NCBI GenBank assembly: GCA_964016885.1
Contig: OZ024746.1
Coordinates: 24,800,001 to 24,864,000 of the forward strand
Reading direction: 5' to 3'
Length of the DNA stretch: 64,000 bases
Origin: Eledone cirrhosa
Taxonomy: Eukaryota
The notes below the pieces were generated by a model, which made no database searches, was not told the origin of the DNA, and saw only the letters and a list, made by a program, of their open reading frames with translations. This document shows, piece by piece, positions 54,201-64,000 of the stretch. The position numbers and the translations under genes are program-made. Within the stretch, counting starts at the first letter, position 1; each line of letters begins with the position of its first letter.

Positions 54201-57200
54201 ATGTAGGTGTTGGTTGTCATGATATATAGACAGGTCAGGCTATTGATGTAGGTCTTGGTTGCCATGTTATATAGACAGGTCAGGCGATTGATGTAGGTGT
54301 TGGTTGCCATGTTATATAGACAGGTGAGGCTATTGATGTAGGTGTTGGTTGCCATGTTATATAGACAGGTGAGGCTATTGATGTAGGTGTTGGTTGCCAT
54401 GTTATATAGACAGGTCAGGCTATTGATGTAGGTGTTGGTTGCCATGTTATATAGACAGGTCAGGCTATTGATGTAGGTGTTGGTTGTCATGATATATAGA
54501 CGGGTCAGGCTATTGATGTAGGTGTTGGTTGTCATGTTATATAGACAGGTCAGGCTATTGATGTAGGTGTTGGTTGTCATGATATATAGACAGGTCAGGC
54601 TATTGACATAGGTGTTGGTTGTCATGTTATATAGACAGGTGAGGCTATTGATGTAGGTGTTGGTTATCATGTTATATAGACAGGTCAGGCTATTGATGTA
54701 GGTGTTGGTTATCATGATATATAGACAGGTCAGGCTATTGATGTAGGTGTTGGTTGTCATGTTATATAGACAGGTCAAGCTATTGATGTAGGTGTTGGTT
54801 GTCATGTTATATAGACAGGTGAGGCTATTGATGTAGGTGTTGGTTGTCATGTTATATAGACAGGTCAGGCTATTGATGTAGGTGTTGGTTGTCATGTTAT
54901 ATAGACAGGTCAGGCTATTGATGTAGGTGTTGGTTGTCATGTTATATAGACAGGTCAGGCTATTGATGTAGGTGTTGGTTGTCATGTTATATAGACAGGT
55001 CAGGCTATTGATGTAGGTGTTGGTTGTCATGATATATAGACAGGTCAGGCTATTGATGTAGGTGTTGGTTGTCATGTTATATAGACAGGTCAGGCTATTG
55101 ATGTAGGTGTTGGTTGTCATGTTATATAGACAGGTCAGGCTATTGATGTAGGTGTTGGTTGTCATGTTATATAGACAGGTCAGGCTATTGATGTATGTGT
55201 TGGTTGTCATGATATATAGACAGGTCAGGCTATTGATGTAGGTGTTGGTTGTCATGTTATATAGACAGGTCAGGTTATTGATGTAGGTGTTGGTTGTCAT
55301 GTTATATAGACAGGTCAGGCTATTAATGTAGGTGTTAGTTGTCATGTTATATAGACAGGTCAGGCTATTGATGTAGGTGTTGGTTATCATGTTATATAGA
55401 CAGGTCAGGCTATTGATGTAGGTGTTGGTTATCATGTTATATAGACAGGTCAGGCTATTGATGTAGGTGTTAGTTGTCATGTTATATAGACAGGTCAGGT
55501 TATTGATGTAGGTGTTGGTTGTCATGTTATATAGACAGGTCAGGCTATTGATGTAGGTGTTGGTTGTCATGTTATATAGACAGGTGAGGCTATTGATGTA
55601 GGTGTTGGTTATCATGTTATATAGACAGGTCAGGCTATTGATGTAGGTGTTGGTTGTCATGTTATATAGACAGGTCAGGCTATTGATGTAGGTGTTGGTT
55701 GTCATGTTATATAGACAGGTGAGGCTATTGATGTAGGTGTTGGTTGTCATGTTATATAGACAGGTCAGGCTATTGATGTAGGTGTTGGTTGTCATGTTAT
55801 ATAGACAGGTCAGGCTATTGATGTAGGTGTTGGTTGTCATGTTATATAGACAGGTCAGGTTATTGATGTAGGTGTTGGTTGTCATGATATATAGACAGGT
55901 CAGGCTATTGATGTAGGTGTTGGTTGTCATGTTATATAGACAGGTCAGGCTATTGATGTAGGTGTTGGTTATCATGTTATATAGACAGGTCAGGCTATTG
56001 ATGTAGGTGTTGGTTGTCATGTTATATAGACAGGTCAGGCTATTGATGTAGGTGTTGGTTGTCATGTTATATAGACAGGTCAGGTTATTGATGTAGGTGT
56101 TGGTTGTCATGATATATAGACAGGTCAGGCTATTGATGTAGGTGTTGGTTGCCATGTTATATAGACAGGTCAGGTTATTGATGTAGGTGTTGGTTGCCAT
56201 GTTATATAGACAGGTCAGGTTATTGATGTAGGTGTTGGTTGCCATGTTATATAGACAGGTCAAGCTATTGATGTAGGTGTTAGTTGTCATGTTATATAGA
56301 CAGGTCAAGCTATTGATGTAGGTGTTGGTTGCCATGTTATATAGACAGGTCAGGCTATTGATGTAGGTGTTGGTTGTCATGTTATATAGACAGGTGACGC
56401 TATTGATGTAGGTGTTGGTTGTCATGTTATATAGACAGGTCAGGCTATTGATGTAGGTGTTGGTTGTCATGTTATATAGACAGGTCAGGATATTGATGTA
56501 GGTGTTGGTTATCATGTTATATAGACAGGTCAGGCTATTGATGTAGGTGTTGGTTGTCATGATATATAGACAGGTCAGGCTATTGATGTAGGTGTTGGTT
56601 GCCATGTTATATAGACAGGTCAGGCTATTGATGTAGGTGTTGGTTGCCATGTTATATAGACAGGTCAGGCTATTGATGTAGGTGTTGGTTGTCATGTTAT
56701 ATAGACAGGTGACGCTATTGATGTAGGTGTTGGTTGTCATGTTATATAGACAGGTCAGGCTATTGATGTAGGTGTTGGTTGTCATGTTATATAGACAGGT
56801 CAGGCTATTGATGTAGGTGTTGGTTGTCATGTTATATAGACAGGTCAGGCTATTGATGTAGGTGTTGGTTGTCATGTTATATAGACAGGTCAGGCTATTG
56901 GTGTAGGTGTTGGTTGTCATGTTATATAGACAGGTCAGGCTATTGATGTAGGTGTTGGTTGTCATGTTATATAGACAGGTCAGGCTATTGATGTAGGTGT
57001 TGGTTGTCATGTTATATAGACAGGTCAGGCTATTGATGTAGGTGTTGGTTGTCATGTTATATAGACAGGTCAGGCTATTGATGTAGGTGTTGGTTGCCAT
57101 GTTATATAGACAGGTCAGGCTATTGATGTAGGTGTTGGTTGTCATGTTATATAGACAGGTCAGGCTATTGATGTAGGTGTTGGTTGTCATGTTATATAGA

Positions 57201-60200
57201 CAGGTCAGGCTATTGATGTAGGTGTTGGTTGTCATGTTATATAGACAGGTCAGGCTATTGATGTAGGTGTTGGTTGCCATGTTATATAGACAGGTCAGGC
57301 TATTGATGTAGGTGTTGGTTGTCATGTTATATAGACAGGTCAGGCTATTGATGTAGGTGTTGGTTGTCATGTTATATAGACAGGTCAGGCTATTGATGCA
57401 GGTGTTGGTTGTCATGTTATATAGACAGGTCAGGCTATTGATGTAGGTGTTGGTTGTCATGTTATATAGACAGGTCAGGCTATTGATGTAGGTGTTGGTT
57501 GCCATGTTATATAGACAGGTCAGGCTATTGATGTAGGTGTTGGTTGTCATGTTATATAGACAGGTGACGCTATTGATGTAGGTGTTGGTTGTCATGTTAT
57601 ATAGACAGGTCAGGCTATTGATGTAGGTGTTGGTTGTCATGTTATATAGACAGGTCAGGCTATTGATGTAGGTGTTGGTTGTCATGTTATATAGACAGGT
57701 CAGGCTATTGATGTAGGTGTTGGTTGTCATGTTATATAGACAGGTCAGGCTATTGGTGTAGGTGTTGGTTGTCATGTTATATAGACAGGTCAGGCTATTG
57801 ATGTAGGTGTTGGTTGTCATGTTATATAGACAGGTCAGGCTATTGATGTAGGTGTTGGTTGTCATGTTATATAGACAGGTGAGGCTATTGATGTAGGTGT
57901 TGGTTGCCATGTTATATAGACAGGTCAGGTTATTGATGTAGATGTTGGTTGTCATGTTATATAGACAGGTCAGGTTATTGATGTAGATGTTGGTTGTCAT
58001 GTTATATAGACAGGTCAGGCTATTAATGTAGGTGTTAGTTGTCATGTTATATAGACAGGTCAGGTTATTGATGTAGGTGTTGGTTATCATGTTATATAGA
58101 GAGGTCAGGCTATTGATGTAGGTGTTGGTTGTCATGTTATATAGACAGGTCAGGCTATTAATGTAGGTGTTAGTTGTCATGTTATATAGACAGGTCAGGT
58201 TATTGATGTAGGTGTTGGTTATCATGTTATATAGAGAGGTCAGGCTATTGATGTAGGTGTTGGTTATCATGTTATATAGACAGGTCAGGCTATTGATGTA
58301 GGTGTTGGTTATCATGTTATATAGACAGGTCAGGCTATTGATGTAGGTGTTGGTTGTCATGTTATATAGACAGGTCAGGCTATTGATGTAGGTGTTGGTT
58401 GTCATGTTATATAGACAGGTGAGGCTATTGATGTAGGTGTTGGTTGTCATGTTATATAGACAGGTCAGGCTATTGATGTAGGTGTTGGTTGTCATGTTAT
58501 ATAGACAGGTGAGGCTATTGATGTAGGTGTTGGTTGTCATGATATATAGACAGGTCAGGCTATTGATGTAGGTGTTGGTTGTCATGTTATATAGACAGGT
58601 CAGGTTATTGATGTAGGTGTTGGTTGTCATGTTATATAGACAGGTGAGGCTATTGATGTAGGTGTTGGTTGTCATGTTATATAGACAGGTCAGGCTATTG
58701 ATGTAGGTGTTGGTTGTCATGTTATATAGACAGGTCAGGCTATTGATGTAGGTGTTGGTTGTCATGTTATATAGACAGGTCAGGCTATTGATGTAGGTGT
58801 TGGTTGTCATGTTATATAGACAGGTCAGGCTATTGATGTAGGTGTTGGTTGTCATGTTATATAGACAGGTCAGGCTATTGATGTAGGTGTTGGTTGTCAT
58901 GTTATATAGACAGGTCAGGCTATTGATGTAGGTGTTGGTTGTCATGTTATATAGACAGGTCAGGCTATTGATGTAGGTGTTGGTTGTCATGTTATATAGA
59001 CAGGTCAGGCTATTGATGTAGGTGTTGGTTGTCATGTTATATAGACAGGTGAGGCTATTGATGTAGGTGTTGGTTGTCATGTTATATAGACAGGTCAGGC
59101 TATTGATGTAGGTGTTGGTTGTCATGTTATATAGACAGGTCAGGCTATTGATGTAGGTGTTGGTTGTCATGTTATATAGACAGGTCAGGCTATTCATGTA
59201 GGTGTTGGTTGTCATGTTATATAGACAGGTCAGGCTATTGATGTAGGTGTTGGTTGTCATGATATATAGACAGGTCAGGCTATTGATGTAGGTGTTGGTT
59301 GTCATGTTATATAGACAGGTCAGGCTATTGATGTAGGTGTTGGTTGTCATGTTATATAGACAGGTCAGGCTATTGATGTAGGTGTTGGTTGTCATGTTAT
59401 ATAGACAGGTCAGGCTATTGATGTAGGTGTTGGTTGTCATGTTATATAGACAGGTCAGGCTATTGATGTAGGTGTTGGTTGTCATGTTATATAGAGAGGT
59501 CAGGCTATTGATGTAGGTGTTGGTTGTCATGTTATATAGACAGGTCAGGCTATTGATGTAGGTGTTGGTTATCATGTTATATAGACAGGTCAGGCTATTG
59601 ATGTAGGTGTTGGTTGTCATGTTATATAGACAGGTCAGGCTATTGATGTAGGTGTTGGTTGTCATGTTATATAGACAGGTGGGGCTATTGATGTAGGTGT
59701 TGGTTGTCATGTTATATAGACAGGTCAGGCTATTGATGTAGGTGTTGGTTGTCATATTATATAGACAGGTGAGGCTATTGATGTAGGTGTTGGTTGTCAT
59801 GTTATATAGACAGGTCAGGTTATTGATGTAGGTGTTGGTTGTCATGTTATATAGACAGGTCAGGTTATTGATGTAGGTGTTGGTTGCCATGTTATATAGA
59901 CAGGTCAGGCTATTGATGTAGGTGTTAGTTGTCATGTTATATAGACAGGTCAAGCTATTGATGTAGGTGTTAGTTGTCATGTTATATAGACAGGTCAAGC
60001 TATTGATGTAGGTGTTGGTTGCCATGTTATATAGACAGGTCAGGCTATTGATGTAGGTGTTGGTTGTCATGTTATATAGACAGGTCAGGCTATTGATGTA
60101 GGTGTTGGTTGTCATGATATATAGACAGGTCAGGCTATTGATGTAGGTCTTGGTTGCCATGTTATATAGACAGGTCAGGCGATTGATGTAGGTGTTGGTT

Positions 60201-63200
60201 GCCATGTTATATAGACAGGTGAGGCTATTGATGTAGGTGTTGGTTGCCATGTTATATAGACAGGTGAGGCTATTGATGTAGGTGTTGGTTGCCATGTTAT
60301 ATAGACAGGTCAGGCTATTGATGTAGGTGTTGGTTGCCATGTTATATAGACAGGTCAGGCTATTGATGTAGGTGTTGGTTGTCATGATATATAGACGGGT
60401 CAGGCTATTGATGTAGGTGTTGGTTGTCATGTTATATAGACAGGTCAGGCTATTGATGTAGGTGTTGGTTGTCATGATATATAGACAGGTCAGGCTATTG
60501 ACATAGGTGTTGGTTGTCATGTTATATAGACAGGTGAGGCTATTTATGTAGGTGTTGGTTATCATGTTATATAGACAGGTCAGGCTATTGATGTAGGTGT
60601 TGGTTATCATGATATATAGACAGGTCAGGCTATTGATGTAGGTGTTGGTTGTCATGTTATATAGACAGGTCAAGCTATTGATGTAGGTGTTGGTTGTCAT
60701 GTTATATAGACAGGTGAGGCTATTGATGTAGGTGTTGGTTGTCATGTTATATAGACAGGTCAGGCTATTGATGTAGGTGTTGGTTGTCATGTTATATAGA
60801 CAGGTCAGGCTATTGATGTAGGTGTTGGTTGTCATGTTATATAGACAGGTGAGGCTATTGATGTAGGTGTTGGTTGTCATGTTATATAGACAAGTCAGGC
60901 TATTGATGTAGGTGTTGGTTGTCATGATATATAGACAGGTCAGGCTATTGATGTAGGTGTTGGTTGTCATGTTATATAGACAGGTCAGGCTATTGATGTA
61001 GGTGTTGGTTGTCATGATATATAGACAGGTCAGGCTATTAACATAGGTGTTGGTTGTCATGTTATGTAGACAGGTCAGGCTATTGATGTAGGTGTTGGTT
61101 GTCATGATATATAGACAGGTCAGGCTATTGACATAGGTGTTGGTTGTCATGTTATATAGACAGGTGAGGCTATTGATGTAGGTGTTGGTTATCATGTTAT
61201 ATAGACAGGTCAGGCTATTGATGTAGGTGTTGGTTATCATGTTATATAGACAGGTCAGGCTATTGATGTAGGTGTTGGTTGTCATGATATATAGACAGGT
61301 CAGGCTATTGATGTAGGTGTTGGTTAGCATGTTATATAGACAGGTCAGGCTATTGATGTAGGTGTTGGTTAGCATGTTATATAGACAGGTGAGGCTATTG
61401 ATGTAGGTGTTGGTTGTCATGTTATATAGACAGGTCAGGCTATTGATGTAGGTGTTGGTTAGCATGTTATATAGACAGGTCAGGCTATTGATGTAGGTGT
61501 TGGTTAGCATGTTATATAGACAGGTCAGGCTATTGATGTAGGTGTTGGTTGTCATGTTATATAGACAGGTGAGGCTATTGATGTAGGTGTTGGTTAGCAT
61601 GTTATATAGACAGGTCAGGCTATTGATGTAGGTGTTAGTTGTCATGTTATATAGACAGGTCAGGCTATTGATGTAGGTGTTGGTTGTCATGATATATAGA
61701 CAGGTCAGGCTATTGATGTAGGTGTTGGTTGTCATGTTATATAGACAGGTCAGGCTATTCATGTAGGTGTTGGTTGTCATGTTATATAGACAGGTCAGGC
61801 TATTGATGTAGGTGTTGGTTGTCATGATATATAGACAGGTCAGGCTATTGATGTAGGTGTTGGTTGTCATGTTATATAGACAGGTCAGGCTATTGATGTA
61901 GGTGTTGGTTGTCATGTTATATAGACAGGTCAGGCTATTGATGTAGGTGTTGGTTGTCATGTTATATAGACAGGTCAGGCTATTGATGTAGGTGTTGGTT
62001 GTCATGTTATATAGACAGGTCAGGCTATTGATGTAGGTGTTGGTTATCATGTTATATAGACAGGTCAGGCTATTGATGTAGGTGTTGGTTATCATGTTAT
62101 ATAGACAGGTCAGGCTATTGATGTAGGTGTTGGTTGTCATGTTATATAGACAGGTGAGGCTATTGATGTAGGTGTTGGTTGTCATGTTATATAGACAGGT
62201 CAGGCTATTGATGTAGGTGTTGGTTGTCATATTATATAGACAGGTCAGGCTATTGATGTAGGTGTTGGTTGTCATGTTATATAGACAGGTCAGGCTATTG
62301 ATGTAGGTGTTGGTTGCCATGTTATATAGACAGGTCAGGCTATTGATGTAGGTGTTGGTTGTCATGTTATATAGACAGGTCAGGCTATTGATGTAGGTGT
62401 TGGTTGTCATATTATATAGACAGGTGAGGCTATTGATGTAGGTGTTGGTTGTCATGTTATATAGACAGGTGAGGCTATTGATGTAGGTGTTGGTTAGCAT
62501 GTTATATAGACAGGTCAGGCTATTGATGTAGGTGTTGGTTGCCATGTTATATAGACAGGTCAAGCTATTGATGTAGGTGTTGGTTGTCATGTTATATAGA
62601 CAGGTCAGGTTATTGATGTAGGTGTTGGTTGTCATGTTATATAGACAGGTCAGGTTATTGATGTAGGTGTTGGTTGTCATGTTATATAGACAGGTCAGGC
62701 TATTGATGTAGGTGTTGGTTAGCATGTTATATAGACAGGTCAGGCTATTGATGTAGGTGTTGGTTGTCATGTTATATAGACAGGTCAGGCTATTGATGTA
62801 GGTGTTGGTTGTCATGTTATATAGAGAGGTGAGGCTATTGATGTAGGTGTTGGTTAGCATGTTATATAGACAGGTCAGGCTATTGATGTAGGTGTTGGTT
62901 AGCATGTTATATAGACAGGTCAGGCTATTGATGTAGGTGTTGGTTGTCATGTTATATAGACAGGTCAGGCTATTGATGTAGGTGTTGGTTGTCATGTTAT
63001 ATAGACAGGTGAGGCTATTGATGTAGGTGTTGGTTGTCATGTTATATAGACAGGTCAGGCTATTGATGTAGGTGTTGGTTAGCATGTTATATAGACAGGT
63101 CAGGCTATTGATGTAGGTGTTGGTTGTCATGTTATATAGACAGGTCAGGCTATTGATGTAGGTGTTGGTTAGCATGTTATATAGATAGGTCAGGCTATTG

Positions 63201-64000
63201 ATGTAGGTGTTGGTTAGCATGTTATATAGACAGGTCAGGCTATTGATGTAGGTGTTGGTTGTCATGTTATATAGACAGGTCAGGCTATTGATGTAGGTGT
63301 TGGTTGTCATGTTATATAGACAGGTCAGGCTATTGATGTAGGTGTTGGTTAGCATGTTATATAGACAGGTGAGGCTATTGATGTAGGTGTTGGTTGTCAT
63401 GTTATATAGACAGGTCAGGCTATTGATGTAGGTGTTGGTTGTCATGTTATATAGACAGGTGAGGCTATTGATGTAGGTGTTGGTTGTCATGATATATAGA
63501 CAGGTCAGGCTATTGATGTAGGTGTTGGTTGTCATGTTATATAGACAGGTCAGGCTATTGATGTAGGTGTTGGTTGTCATGTTATATAGACAGGTCAGGC
63601 TATTGATGTAGGTGTTGGTTGTCATGATATATAGACAGGTCAGGCTATTGATGTAGGTGTTGGTTGTCATGTTATATAGACAGGTCAGGCTATTGATGTA
63701 GGTGTTGGTTGTCATGTTATATAGACAGGTCAGGCTATTGATGTAGGTGTTGGTTGTCATGTTATATAGACAGGTCAGGCTATTGATGTAGGTGTTGGTT
63801 GTCATGTTATATAGACAGGTCAGGCTATTGATGTAGGTGTTGGTTGTCATGATATATAGACAGGTCAGGCTATTGATATAGGTGTTGGTTGTCATGTTAT
63901 ATAGACAGGTCAGGCTATTGATGTAGGTGTTGGTTGTCATGTTATATAGACAGGTCAGGCTATTGATGTAGGTGTTGGTTGTCATGTTATATAGACAGGT
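33212..64000. repeat. 45-bp satellite array, ~683 monomers, continuing beyond the window; consensus GTTATATAGACAGGTCAGGCTATTGATGTAGGTGTTGGTTGTCAT
   Basis: An exact 45-bp phase is kept from ~33251 to 64000 (the line pattern repeats every 180 bp); monomers differ only by a few substitutions. Confidence 0.99.

Noticed and set aside
33254-63985. Annotating the 10,243-aa ORF as a CDS
   Set aside because: No unique domain, start context or clear purifying selection is visible, and few single mutations can create stops. Kept only as a testable finding.
33212-64000. CRISPR-like array
   Set aside because: Monomers are contiguous with no unique spacers, there are no cas genes, and the context is eukaryotic.

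Overview
Eukaryotic, AT-rich, repeat-dominated window with no confidently identifiable host gene. The repeat repertoire resembles an octopod cephalopod genome (inference, not verified). 1-20.6 kb is a patchwork of transposons embedded in long (TA)n/(TACA)n microsatellites: a decayed DD37D (maT) Tc1/mariner element, RTE-clade LINEs whose RT carries an inserted PHD-type finger, a non-autonomous Helitron, a CR1/L2-group LINE with an uninterrupted 1006-aa APE+RT ORF, an R4/Dong-like fragment and three copies of a short bipartite RTE-derived retroposon. 20.6-33.2 kb is older DNA with SINE/LINE fragments, two 31-bp minisatellites and a cluster of hairpins, including a minimal type I hammerhead ribozyme motif of the Penelope kind and a 108-bp perfect inverted repeat enclosing a locally copied spacer. 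33.2-64 kb is a very homogeneous 45-bp satellite (~683 monomers, continuing past the window end). It has kilobase-scale internal duplications and a stop-free minus-strand frame of 10,243 codons that is most likely a by-product of the monomer sequence. All coordinates and comparisons were made by eye.
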